A stretch of 62,065 nt of DNA, the filler included, from Clostridia bacterium (GTDB lineage Bacteria; CBDUZB01; JAGLHV01), in assembly GCA_030637025.1 (NCBI GenBank). It is 4 parts of 4 records of this genome, joined end to end, with 100 filler letters (N's around TTAATTAATTAA, not from the genome) between each part and the next. Parts side by side here need not be neighbours in the genome. Positions count along the whole stretch, not along the records: positions 23,405 to 41,479 come from DAOVVV010000042.1; positions 41,580 to 46,406 come from DAOVVV010000067.1; positions 46,507 to 62,065 come from DAOVVV010000045.1; 1 more part is not named here. The stretch is one strand, 5' to 3'. Within the stretch, counting starts at the first letter, position 1; each line of letters opens with the position of its first letter. Position numbers and translations under genes: made by a program. A model generated the notes under the pieces. The model saw nothing but the letters and a program-made list of their open reading frames with translations, searched no databases and was not told the DNA's origin. Positions 37,801-47,584 of this stretch are shown here, one piece after another.

Positions 37801-38797
37801 ACTTCCTCCTACTCAATTGTTCAAACAATTTCTCCACAAATATGTGTTGGCCTTTTTTGTAAACTATTGGTAAAATATAAAACTCTTCATACTCATTGAA
37901 AAATTGATCTTTTAAATACTCTTCTTTCGACTCTATTAGCAAAAAGTGTCTAATTTGATTAGGGCTATACTCTCCTCCCCCTTCAGAATAAAATGATTGA
38001 TTTTTTTTATTGTCTGATTCAATTTCTTTTGCTACCGTGAACAAGTACTCTCTGACATATTTATCCTTAAAACTAAATCCTAAAAATATAATACTTTTCT
38101 TTTTAAAAAAATGTTCTAGACACGTTTCAACACATTTTACCCCGTCTGCTTGTTTACTTATGGTTGGATAATATAGATCATAGTGAGTTTTTCTTAAAAT
38201 ATAAATTTTTTTTTCAATATTTCCGTGTAAATAATAAATGACATTTTCCTTTTCGTTTGAATAATCTTCAATTTCTGGAATATGTTTTTTTATAAAATCT
38301 TTTTTATCCTTGGCACCAAAATGGTTTGATAAATAATTAACAAATTCACCTGCAGCTTCTATAGATATATCAAAATTAGTTGTCAAGCAGGTTTTTACTG
38401 CTAAAATCATTTTTATTAAAGTTACTGTTGTTGTATTATTGTTTGGACTCATTCCCTTTCGTATTGTTTCAAAATATTTTTCTTTTTTGCCTTTCTTTGT
38501 TAACTCTTGGAAAATCTTATCTGCCAACTCGGGCCATTGTTCAGTGTCTTCTAAATACTCTTTATTGCTAGTTCTAAATTCACTCCCACAACAATCAAAT
38601 AATGCTTTTATTAAACCCTCCCAATCTACTATTCCCAAGGGTTTAGATGCACCTGCCCCTACAAATGCTACTGATTTATCTATGGCATAATTGTCAATTA
38701 ATTTTTTTAAGTTCTCAATATTTTTTGGAATAGATTCAATATAATCATTTAAGGAAGGACGCGAACTTTCTGTTTCAAAATCTTTTCTTTGCTGCAT
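37790..38797 (-). CDS. SIR2-like (SIR2_2) NADase-family protein
   Basis: FVGAGAS-W, TTNFD, LHGN, IFLGFSFKD. Start reassigned to MQQRK, just after the HepT stop. Confidence 0.85.
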   Translation of the reverse strand: MQQRKDFETESSRPSLNDYIESIPKNIENLKKLIDNYAIDKSVAFVGAGASKPLGIVDWEGLIKALFDCCGSEFRTSNKEYLEDTEQWPELADKIFQELTKKGKKEKYFETIRKGMSPNNNTTTVTLIKMILAVKTCLTTNFDISIEAAGEFVNYLSNHFGAKDKKDFIKKHIPEIEDYSNEKENVIYYLHGNIEKKIYILRKTHYDLYYPTISKQADGVKCVETCLEHFFKKKSIIFLGFSFKDKYVREYLFTVAKEIESDNKKNQSFYSEGGGEYSPNQIRHFLLIESKEEYLKDQFFNEYEEFYILPIVYKKGQHIFVEKLFEQLSRRKYGY

Positions 38798-38802
38798 TAT
38801 TC

Positions 38803-39117
38803 TTATAACCTCTCTAAAACATTTCTTATCTTTTTCTCTAACGGTGTTAGTTTTGTTTTTATTACATCCCACATTATTTCATAATCTATCCCAAAATATT
38901 CATGGATAATAACATTTCTAAAGTTAATCAGGGATTTCCATTCAACCTCCGGATATTTCACTTTTATCTTTTGTGGTAATTGTCTTGCTACTTCACCAAT
39001 GACTTCAAAGTTCCTAATTACTGCATCTATGCTTTTCTCATTTTTTGAAAACTGTTCAAAAGAAAGATTTCTTGTGTATTTCTTAATTTTTCCAATACAT
39101 TCAAGTATATCCTCTAT
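38803..39117 (-). pseudogene. 5'-truncated DUF86/HepT-like HEPN RNase toxin
   Basis: Not in the ORF track. IEDILECIGKI...DAVIRNFEVIGE...PEVEW...FRNVIIHEYFGID.EIMWDVI* with Rx4H motif; in-frame TGA just upstream inside the repeat and no start codon. Confidence 0.85.
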
Positions 39118-39203
39118 AGATTGCTTCGCTCATGCTCGCAATGACAGACATCTTTTTTTGTCATTGCGAATCCGCCATTCCTTAGTGGCGGGTGAAGCAA
39201 TCT
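39118..39203. repeat. Inverted pair of GTCATTGCGA...GAAGCAATCT repeats; third copy at 39508-39535
   Basis: AGATTGCTTCGCT-N3-GCTCGCAATGAC on both sides of the GIY-YIG gene. Confidence 0.85.
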
Positions 39204-39490
39204 TACAATCCTTCATATAAATCATCCCAACTTTTATTCCTATCATTGATTAAGTCGATTTTCTTCTGTCTTGAACCACCTTTAATCTGTTTTTCTCTTA
39301 TAATTGCATTTTCTATATCCTCAAAAATTTCATAGTATACTAATTTAACAATATTGTATCTTTTGGTAAAGCCATCAATCAACTTTGCCTTATGCTCATA
39401 TGTTCTTTTTATTAAATTATTGGTAACCCCCGTATAAAGAACTGTATTGCCTTTGTTAGTCATTATATAAATATAATATTGTTTATTCAA
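39203..39490 (-). CDS. Small GIY-YIG nuclease
   Basis: YYIYIM-LYTGVTNNL-R-EH-LVYYE-AI-REKQIKGGSR. Confidence 0.92.
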   Translation of the reverse strand: MNKQYYIYIMTNKGNTVLYTGVTNNLIKRTYEHKAKLIDGFTKRYNIVKLVYYEIFEDIENAIIREKQIKGGSRQKKIDLINDRNKSWDDLYEGL

Positions 39491-39588
39491 AAAATTATTC
39501 CCTTTGGAGATTGCTTCGCTTCCGCTCGCAATGACGAACCTTTTCAGTTTTATTTATTATAAAGATTATTTTGCTAATAATATGAGGG

Positions 39589-39661
39589 AAAAAGGTCTTT
39601 TCTTATTTTTTTGGTTTTAAAAAATAACCGTAGCTTTTAGGGACGAATATGTCTTTGAATT
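39589..39661 (+). repeat. 73-bp direct repeat (within and just after the dGTPase 3' end)
   Basis: Matches 34538-34610. Confidence 0.92.
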
Positions 39662-40799
39662 GGTTATTAAAAAAATCATCGGTCATTCCGGCGATAAAAT
39701 CAACTATTATGCGCCTTTTATCCGTGTTTCTGCGATAATTGTCATCAATATCTTTCAAATAATGGCGATAAAAAGGAGACTCTTTGTTTTCACTTTTTAA
39801 ATCGTGCAGAAATTTTTCAAATAATTGTCTAAACATATTCTCAATTTTAGGTGTTTCTTTTTTAATCTGCTCATTGGAATAAATATTGACCTTATTAAAC
39901 TTTTTTAAATCCCTTAACGCCCTGAATATATCATGGCTAAAGGTTAAATAATCTTTATCGTAACTATTTTTAATTAAATCCAAAACCAGGGTATTTATTA
40001 TTTTATCATTGGTGTTTCCGATAATTCGTCTAATACTTTCGGGAATATCCTTTCTTTTTATTACCCTCAAGGTAATGGCATCCTCTATGTCTCTTCCAAT
40101 ATAAGCAATTACATCGGAAATTCTAACTACGCATCCCTCCAGTGTCATCGGAAAAATTTTTTTGCTGTATTTTTCATTAAGAAAACAATTAAAATATTCT
40201 TCTTCAAATTTTTTCCAGTCCTTTGCATAATTTGGCCTATATTCCTTACTTAACATCTCACCGTTATGCGTTAAAATACCATCTAAGACCTGCAAGGATA
40301 AATTCAATCCTTTTCCGTGTTGTTCCAACTCCATTAAAAATTTTACGCTCTGGGCATTATGCACAAAACAACCTATTTTTTCTTTCTCGCATATCTCATT
40401 TAAAACTTTTTCCCCATCATGGCCGTAAGGAACATGCCCTAAATCATGACCCAGAGAAATAGCTTCAATTAAATCTTCGTTCAACTGTAACGACCTTCCT
40501 ATTACCCTCCCTATTTTAGAAACAAATTGTACATGCAAGACCCGGTGAGTAATGTGGTCATTTTCAAACAGATAAAAAACTTGTGTTTTATCAATATATC
40601 TGGAATAAGCACGAGAATGAATAATTTTGTCTGTATCATGAAAAAAATTCGGACGAATATTCATTCGGTCAGAGATTTTTTCTTTTCCCGGAAACTTTCT
40701 TATTCCCTTTTTGCTCTTACAGGCATATTTAGCTAAAATTCTTCCTTCCCGATTTGCGTTATTTAGTACTATTTCTGAAAAAATTTTTTTGCTCCTCAT
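39603..40799 (-). CDS. dgt: HD-domain dNTP triphosphohydrolase (dGTPase-like)
   Basis: DKTQVF, HRVLH, HDLGHVPYGH.GE, SDVIAY, DFIAGMTD. Confidence 0.88.
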   Translation of the reverse strand: MRSKKIFSEIVLNNANREGRILAKYACKSKKGIRKFPGKEKISDRMNIRPNFFHDTDKIIHSRAYSRYIDKTQVFYLFENDHITHRVLHVQFVSKIGRVIGRSLQLNEDLIEAISLGHDLGHVPYGHDGEKVLNEICEKEKIGCFVHNAQSVKFLMELEQHGKGLNLSLQVLDGILTHNGEMLSKEYRPNYAKDWKKFEEEYFNCFLNEKYSKKIFPMTLEGCVVRISDVIAYIGRDIEDAITLRVIKRKDIPESIRRIIGNTNDKIINTLVLDLIKNSYDKDYLTFSHDIFRALRDLKKFNKVNIYSNEQIKKETPKIENMFRQLFEKFLHDLKSENKESPFYRHYLKDIDDNYRRNTDKRRIIVDFIAGMTDDFFNNQFKDIFVPKSYGYFLKPKK

Positions 40800-41059
40800 T
40801 CTTTACTCCTTAACAATTATAAAGTAATGTCAAAAATATTCAGTCTCTCCTCGGCGAAGCCTGGGTAATTCATTTATATCTGTAATAATTGCAATGCTTT
40901 TTGTTAAAAATACTTGTCCCCCCTTTTTCAACGGGGAAAAACTATTTTTTCAAACTCCCAACCCCCAAATTCCCGCCTTATCCGCCAGTCTGTAAGGCAG
41001 AGAGAACCCTTCTTATCCACCTAAAGCGGAGCGGGCAGGCTACTAAATTTAAACCAAAA

Positions 41060-41227
41060 AAAATAAGGGTGAAATATGTTTTGAACGATATAGCAAATTT
41101 TAGCAAAAATTAGCGTTAAAAAAATGAGCTTGTCTGAGCAAAGCGAGTTGCTCATTTTTAGCTTGTTTTTGCGTGCCCAAAGGGTAAAATTATGCGTCTA
41201 GAGAGAAACATATTTGACCTTTATTTT
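41060..41227 (+). repeat. ~168-bp MITE-like structured repeat with terminal inverted repeats; inverted copy at 61918-62065
   Basis: Near-identical reverse-complement copy; ends AAAATAAGGGTGAAATATGTTT / AAACATATTTGACCTTTATTTT. Confidence 0.8.
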
Positions 41228-41479
41228 CCTTGTTCCAAATCCTGACTCATAAATATCCTGTCACAAATAGTTATAAATCCCCCTAACCCTTTTTTTCAAA
41301 GAGGGAAATTATTTGTCATCTTTTTTCATGCTTTATTTGACATTATCAATTATACTGACTTCTCCCCATAGCAAGCGTTCTCAACTCAATACCATGTACT
41401 TTATGATTTTTTATTTTAAACTTCAAAATAATTTATTAGACAGGAATGTATATCTTTTTTAAAAAAATCCCTGACTTCC

Positions 41480-41579
41480 NNNNNNNNNNNNNNNNNNNNN
41501 NNNNNNNNNNNNNNNNNNNNNNNTTAATTAATTAANNNNNNNNNNNNNNNNNNNNNNNNNNNNNNNNNNNNNNNNNNNN
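41480..41579. other. Artificial contig linker
   Basis: N/TTAATTAATTAA/N. Confidence 0.98.
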
Positions 41580-41990
41580 CAGCAGGTAAATGATAAGACC
41601 AGAAAAGACCATAGGGCTATAATGGATAATATGATTCAGTTGTATGCCGAGTATAAAGAAACTGAAGAAAAAAGAACTATGGGTTTTCGAATGAGCAGTT
41701 GGGATAAGAAATTGTTAAAGTATGGAAATCTTTTTGAATCTCATATGATGGATTTATCGGTTAAAATTTCTCTGGAAGATGCTCTTGATAATGGTTGGAA
41801 AATACTGGCTGATTGTTTTGAGCCTCAAGAGACTAGTTTTCGTACTGACTTAATAAAAGAGTTTTGGCCGAAAGAAATAAACAGTGAAAATGTTGATTCT
41901 ATAGAAGATAAATCAGTTACTGAGGGTATTAAGGATAATGATGACGGCTGTGAAAATGTTAAGTTCGGGGACGATAAAAAACTGAGTTAA
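41580..41990 (+). CDS. atpB: V/A-type ATP synthase subunit B, 3' fragment
   Basis: [20 protein letters not shown]...MGF...[13 protein letters not shown]; precedes subunit D. Confidence 0.85.
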   Translation, partial: QQVNDKTRKDHRAIMDNMIQLYAEYKETEEKRTMGFRMSSWDKKLLKYGNLFESHMMDLSVKISLEDALDNGWKILADCFEPQETSFRTDLIKEFWPKEINSENVDSIEDKSVTEGIKDNDDGCENVKFGDDKKLS

Positions 41991-42088
41991 GTTGTTTTGA
42001 TTTTTAGTTTATATTAGGGACTGTCGCGAAACGCGACAACCCTTCGCTAATGATATTGCAAAATAGCGCCATTTAAGGAATAATGTAA

Positions 42089-42700
42089 ATGCCCAAAATT
42101 AGATTAACAAAAAATGAATTAAAAAAACAGAAAGAATCACTAAAAAGATTTTTTCATTATCTCCCTATGCTTCAGCTTAAAAAGAAACAGCTTCAGCTAG
42201 AGATAATGAAGATACATCAAGTTATTAAAGAGCTTGCGGTCGAGATAGAAAATTTAAGAAAAGAAATTATTTTATGGATAGATGTTTTTGCCGAAGAAGT
42301 TTCTATTTCAGAATTTTTTAGTATTAAAAATATAAAAACTGAAGAGGGTAATGTTGCCGGAATAGAATTGCCGGTATTTGTAGGGGTTGAGTTTGAAGAA
42401 AAATCTTATGATTTAATGTTAACGCCTTTTTGGGTAGATAAAGCTATAGTAATTTTAAAAGAAAAGTTAACGCTTAAGATAAAATTGGCAATTTATCATA
42501 AACAAATGCATATTTTAAAAGATGAATTACGAATAATTGCTCAACGGGTAAATTTATTCGAGAAGATAAAAATACCGGAAGCCAAAGAAAATATTAGAGT
42601 TATACAGATATTTATAGGAGAACTTCAAACTGCTGAAGTAGTTAGAGGAAAGATTGCTAAAGCAAAATTAGAGAAAAAGAAAAGTATGGTGGTCTTATGA
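42089..42700 (+). CDS. atpD: V/A-type ATP synthase subunit D
   Basis: LTKNELK, YLPMLQLKK, QRVNLFEKIKIP. Confidence 0.92.
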   Translation: MPKIRLTKNELKKQKESLKRFFHYLPMLQLKKKQLQLEIMKIHQVIKELAVEIENLRKEIILWIDVFAEEVSISEFFSIKNIKTEEGNVAGIELPVFVGVEFEEKSYDLMLTPFWVDKAIVILKEKLTLKIKLAIYHKQMHILKDELRIIAQRVNLFEKIKIPEAKENIRVIQIFIGELQTAEVVRGKIAKAKLEKKKSMVVL

Positions 42701-44472
42701 TAGTAAAAATGAAAAAAATTACTTTAATTGTATCGGAAAAGTATATTAATTCGGCTTTGCAAAGTTTGAGACAATTAGGGGTTGTGCATATAAAACATAT
42801 GATAAAGCCTTCAGCTCATCATATAACGTCTCTTGAAAATAAAATTTCATTGGTAGAGAAATCTCTTTTATTGAAGAGAGGAGAGACTAATAAAAATAAT
42901 GAGTTAATTAATGAAGATGAATTGTATCCTATGATTAAGGAAATTAATTCTTTGGATGAAAAAAATAAAAGGTTGAAACATAAGCTGGGAAAACTTCAAA
43001 ATGAATTAGAGTGGTTTGATGAGTGGGGAGATATATCTAAGTATACTTTAGGAGAATTAAAAAAATCTGGTGTTTTTATAAAATTATATGTTTGTAATAA
43101 AAAAGATTTTCAAAGTTTGTCTAACAAAAAATTAATTTTTGTAGTAAAGGAAAAAGGAAATTTAATGTTTCTTGCTTTTACAGGAATATCTGAAAATGAT
43201 AAGTTAGAGATAAAAGAAGTTGAAGTTCCTCATGAAGGACTTCATTCTTTGAAAAAAAATATTTCAGCTGTAGAAGCTGAATTAAAGGATATTAATCAAA
43301 GGATAGAGAAACTTCTTGGATATAAATACCTTTTTGTTGATTATAAACGAAAACTTGAAAAAACTCTGGAGTTTTGTAAAGTAAGATATGGTATGACGCA
43401 TGAAGAAGAAATTTGTTGTTTGCAGGGGTTTTGTCCGAATGATGATTTGAGTGATATTAAAAAGTGCTCGAAAAAGGAAGGATGGGGATTAGTAATCGAA
43501 GATACGGTAGATTCATCGGATGTTCCGACACTTATTAGACATCCTCGGTGGGTCAAGATGATACAGCCGGTATTTAATTTTATGGGAACTATTCCGGGGT
43601 ATGAAGAATATGATATAAGTTCCTGGTTTCTTATTTTTTTTAGTTTGTTTTTTGCGATGCTTATCGGCGATGCCGGGTATGGTGTATTATTTTTGTTAAC
43701 TACGGTTTTTGTAAGGAAAAAATTTTTTAAAGCACCATCAGCACCTTTCAAGTTAATGTATATTTTAGCCAGTGGAACCATTATTTGGGGAGCGGTTACC
43801 GGTAATTGGTTTGGGTTTAAAGAAATAGCCCAATTACCTTTTTTTAATGCTTTAGTTGTAGATAAACTGGATAGTTTTGTAGATGCAAATCAAATGTTTT
43901 TAATGTATATCTGTCTTTTTATAGGGGCTGTTCAGCTTACAGTGGCCCATGGTATATCGGCATTCAGGTATATAAATAAATTGTATGTTTTTTCACAAGT
44001 TGGTTGGATATTGATAGTGTGGGGAGTTTTTTTCTTTGCCGGAACACTAATACTAGATAATCCTTTTCCTATGTTCGCAAAGTACTTGTTGATTGTAGGC
44101 GCAAGTCTAGTGGCATTGTTTTCTAATCTTCAGAAAAATATATTTAAAGGAATACTAATCTCTATAGCAAATTTACCCCTTAAACTTGTTGGGTCTTTTG
44201 GGGATACTTTATCCTATTTGAGATTATTTGCTGTAGGATATGCTTCGGTTATGGTTGCGACAAGTTTTAATGAAATGGCTCTAACCGTAGGGTTTAATAA
44301 TGTTTTTAGGGGTTTAGGGGCAGCCGTAATATTGTTTATCGGACATACCTTAAATATAGTGTTAGGATTTTTATCGGTATTGGTACATGGGATTAGACTG
44401 AATATGCTTGAATTCTCTGGTCATTTAGATATGGAGTGGGCAGGTAAAGAATATAAGCCTTTTAAAGAGTAG
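42697..44472 (+). CDS. atpI: V/A-type ATP synthase subunit I
   Basis: PGYEEYD, MLIGDAGYG, LSYLRLFA, VHGIRLNMLEF. Confidence 0.92.
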   Translation: MIVKMKKITLIVSEKYINSALQSLRQLGVVHIKHMIKPSAHHITSLENKISLVEKSLLLKRGETNKNNELINEDELYPMIKEINSLDEKNKRLKHKLGKLQNELEWFDEWGDISKYTLGELKKSGVFIKLYVCNKKDFQSLSNKKLIFVVKEKGNLMFLAFTGISENDKLEIKEVEVPHEGLHSLKKNISAVEAELKDINQRIEKLLGYKYLFVDYKRKLEKTLEFCKVRYGMTHEEEICCLQGFCPNDDLSDIKKCSKKEGWGLVIEDTVDSSDVPTLIRHPRWVKMIQPVFNFMGTIPGYEEYDISSWFLIFFSLFFAMLIGDAGYGVLFLLTTVFVRKKFFKAPSAPFKLMYILASGTIIWGAVTGNWFGFKEIAQLPFFNALVVDKLDSFVDANQMFLMYICLFIGAVQLTVAHGISAFRYINKLYVFSQVGWILIVWGVFFFAGTLILDNPFPMFAKYLLIVGASLVALFSNLQKNIFKGILISIANLPLKLVGSFGDTLSYLRLFAVGYASVMVATSFNEMALTVGFNNVFRGLGAAVILFIGHTLNIVLGFLSVLVHGIRLNMLEFSGHLDMEWAGKEYKPFKE

Positions 44473-44529
44473 TGGGTAAGAAAAGTATAAATACGTAATT
44501 TAACATTATTAATATAAAGGAGGTTTAAT

Positions 44530-44976
44530 ATGGTGGAAGGTTTAGGAGATTTTAATTTTTCGTTGGCATTGGCTGCAATTGGTTCGGCTGCGGGAACCGG
44601 TGTTGCCGGTATGGCAGCAATCGGTGCTTGGAAAAAATCTTTTTCTCAAAATAAAGCTGCTCCTTTTATTCTTGCGGGTTTTGTAGGCGCACCTTTGACC
44701 CAGATATTTTATGGATTTATTTTAGGAGTAAGCATACGTAAAGCAGCTTTTACTGTAGATATTCAATCTTATATATTTCAGATGATTATCGGTCTTTTAG
44801 CCGGAGCTGCTATTGGGATGAGTGCGTATATGCAAGGTAAAGTCGCAGCTAGGGCTTCAGATGCTTTGGCTGAAACCGGAAAAGGTTTAGCTAATTATAT
44901 GATTATAATAGGTATTGTGGAATCCGTGGCGCTTTTTGTAATGATATTTTGCATGATAAGTTTGCCTAAAGTTTAG
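44530..44976 (+). CDS. atpK: V/A-type ATP synthase subunit K (double hairpin)
   Basis: GSAAGTG, PLTQIFYG, SAYMQG, GIVESVALF. Confidence 0.9.
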   Translation: MVEGLGDFNFSLALAAIGSAAGTGVAGMAAIGAWKKSFSQNKAAPFILAGFVGAPLTQIFYGFILGVSIRKAAFTVDIQSYIFQMIIGLLAGAAIGMSAYMQGKVAARASDALAETGKGLANYMIIIGIVESVALFVMIFCMISLPKV

Positions 44977-45184
44977 GATTTAATTTTAATTAAAATTAAA
45001 TGGTCAATTGAATACTTGATTTTTTTTGAAAATTTGGTATTATTTAGACCCAATTATAGAGCAAAGGGATAGGAAAATTAAAGAGTGAAAATATAGCATT
45101 AATTGTTTAGAAATAAAAATTTGAGTATTTTTAAAGAAATAGCTTAAATTTTTCGTAAAATGTGATAATATAATCATTAATTAT

Positions 45185-45262
45185 GGGCGATTAACTCAGC
45201 TGGTTTAGAGTGCCTCCCTTACAAGGAGGACGTCACAGGTTCGACTCCTGTATCGCCCACCA
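45185..45262 (+). tRNA. tRNA-Val(TAC)
   Basis: GGGCGAT/ATCGCCC acceptor stem, CCTCC-CTTACAA-GGAGG anticodon arm, TTCGA, encoded CCA. Confidence 0.95.
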
Positions 45263-45717
45263 TAAGTAATTAGTAATAGATTCGATAATAGAAATGAGAG
45301 GAGGTTTAATCGTTATAAGTAATTTGGGAAATAATATTAGGTCAATATTTTTGTCAAAAAAATATAATATTTGGAAAAGAGGAATATCGGATTGCTTTGA
45401 GCATATAAAAATAGTGTCCAAATCGGGAAATCGAGGGGTTAGGAAGGAATTAAGGACGAAATTGAGGAAGAACAAACCTTTCTTAGATCTAAACGCAGCA
45501 TTTTTTATCCCACCTGTTTTGAATAACAACATCTATAAAATTTTTAATTTTTCTAGTGCTGTGAAATCTTGTAATATATGAAAAGAAATCATTTAATTCA
45601 AGAAATGATTTTGTTTTAAGTATGAATGCTAAACTAAATTTTTATAATAAAGGATCTAAATACCAAAACTATTAGTTTATTAATAGTAATAATTTTAATT
45701 TTATATTAGGAGATTAA

Positions 45718-46406
45718 ATGGATTTAAATATATTAAGACATTCTTGTGCTCATATAATGGCTTCGGCCGTTAAAAAACTTTATCCTGAAGTGAAGTTTGC
45801 TATTGGTCCGGCTATTGAGAACGGGTTTTATTATGATTTTGATATTCCGGGAGGAATAAAAGAAGATGATTTAGGTAAATTAGAAAAACTAATGAAAAAA
45901 GAAATTAACCAAAATCATTCTTTTGAATATGAAGAGTGGCCTAAAGAAAAAGCCATAACGTTTTTTAATAATATAGGTGAGAAGTATAAGGTTGAATTAA
46001 TAAATGAATTAGAGGTAGATAAAGTTTCAATATATAAACATAACGATTTTGTTGATTTATGTAAGGGGCCTCATGTTAAATCAACTGACAAGGTAAAACA
46101 TTTTAAACTTTTATCAACTTCAGGAGCGTATTGGAAGGGAGTTGACACAAATCCTCAGTTGATTCGTATTTATGGAACTGTTTTTAGTAGTAAAGAAGAG
46201 TTAGATAAGTATTTAGAAAATTTAGAAGAAGCTAAGAAAAGAGATCATCGTAAATTAGGTAAAGAATTAGAGTTGTTCGAAATTTATCACAATGAAGCTG
46301 GCGCAGGGTTGCCGTTTTATTTACCTAAAGGCGCGGTTTTAAGAAAAATAATTGAAGATTGGGAAATCGAAGAACATATAAAACGAGGTTATGTAAGAGT
46401 TGTGAC
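45718..46406 (+). CDS. thrS: Threonyl-tRNA synthetase, 5' part (no TGS domain), cut by the contig end
   Basis: LRHSCAH, GPAIENGFYYDF, DLCKGPH, GAYWKG, RDHRKLG. Confidence 0.95.
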
Positions 46407-46506
46407 NNNNNNNNNNNNNNNNNNNNNNNNNNNNNNNNNNNNNNNNNNNNTTAATTAATTAANNNNNNNNNNNNNNNNNNNNNNNNNNNNNNNNNNNNNN
46501 NNNNNN
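46407..46506. other. Artificial contig linker
   Basis: N/TTAATTAATTAA/N. Confidence 0.98.
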
Positions 46507-46591
46507 ATGGGGGATTGTTTTATTGTATTAGTATTGCTTTAAGAAAGAAAAGAAGAGAGAACTAAAACTAAATACAGGAGAAATAATAAGG

Positions 46592-47539
46592 GTGATGAGT
46601 AAAAAGAAAATAAAAATTATTTTTTTTTTGATTTTTATTAATTTTTGGACACAACCTCTATTTGCTTTAACTGTTGTAGTAATTCAGGATAGAAAATTTG
46701 ATAGCTATAAGGATGCCTACACAGGGTTTAAGCAGGAAATAAAAAAAAGCAATGAAAAAATAGACTTTATTTTTTATAATCTGAAAAAAGATAATTTCGA
46801 ACAAATAATAAGAGATATAATATTAAGGGAACCGGAATTAATTTTTAGTTTAGGTGAACAAACAACCAGGGCAATAAAAAACAGGGTTAATAAAACTCCG
46901 GTAATATTTTGTCTGGTACTGAATCCTGTAGAAAAAGGTTTAGTTGAATGCATAAAAAGTACGGGTAATAATCTTACGGGTGTGTGTTTGGATATTCCGG
47001 TAGCTACTCAATTTTTAGCTTTGCAGCAGGTAATTCCTTCTGCTAAACGTATAGGGGTTATTTATAATCCGTTTAAAACAAATTTAATAGTTGAAGAAGG
47101 AAAAAAAGTGGCGGAAAAGTTAGGACTACAATTAATATCACGCAGAGTTTATTCTCAAAAAGAAGTTCCTGATGTTTTAAAATCTTTTAAAAATAATATA
47201 GATGTTTTATGGGGGGTGCTGGATACTACCGTTTTTACTTATCAATCGCTTTCTTTTATTTTAAAATCTACTTTAAAAGATAAATTGCCTGTATTAGGTT
47301 TTTCAGTAAATATGGTGAAAACAGGAGCACTTTTATCTTTATATACTGATTATAAAGATATGGGTAGACAGGCCGGTGAGATTGCCTTAAAAATAATTAA
47401 TGGGGATAAACCCGATGATATTTCTGTTTCTTTTCCAAGAAAAATAACGATGGCAATTAATCTTAAAGTGGCAAAAATAATCGAAATAGATATACCGGAA
47501 AAAACAATGAAAAATAAAGATATTAAATTTTTTAAATGA
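46592..47539 (+). CDS. ABC_sub_bind-family periplasmic binding protein
   Basis: GNNLTGV, RIGVIYNP, DYKDMGRQAGE; paralogue of 25350..26324. Confidence 0.85.
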   Translation: MMSKKKIKIIFFLIFINFWTQPLFALTVVVIQDRKFDSYKDAYTGFKQEIKKSNEKIDFIFYNLKKDNFEQIIRDIILREPELIFSLGEQTTRAIKNRVNKTPVIFCLVLNPVEKGLVECIKSTGNNLTGVCLDIPVATQFLALQQVIPSAKRIGVIYNPFKTNLIVEEGKKVAEKLGLQLISRRVYSQKEVPDVLKSFKNNIDVLWGVLDTTVFTYQSLSFILKSTLKDKLPVLGFSVNMVKTGALLSLYTDYKDMGRQAGEIALKIINGDKPDDISVSFPRKITMAINLKVAKIIEIDIPEKTMKNKDIKFFK

Positions 47540-47584
47540 AGAATATAGGTTAAGAGAATAATAGAAGAATAAAAGGAGGAAAAA

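Larger units (their letters stand above)
34538..39661. mobile_element. ~5.1-kb direct-repeat-flanked accessory/defence islet
   Basis: Flanking 73-bp repeats; cargo SIR2, large partner, HepT remnant, GIY-YIG; no integrase seen. Confidence 0.7.

Noticed and set aside
38798-38872. N-terminal 25 codons of the SIR2 ORF
   Set aside because: Overlaps the HepT remnant in another frame; the Met at 38797 fits better.
39603-40799. dGTPase as part of the defence cassette
   Set aside because: It is the insertion target lying outside the repeats and looks like the common housekeeping-type HD protein; no sequence evidence for a defence role.
45233-45581. ORFs or a T-box leader between tRNA-Val and thrS
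   Set aside because: The minus ORF overlaps the tRNA, the plus ORF has no recognisable features, and no T-box GGTGG-ACC motif or terminator was found.
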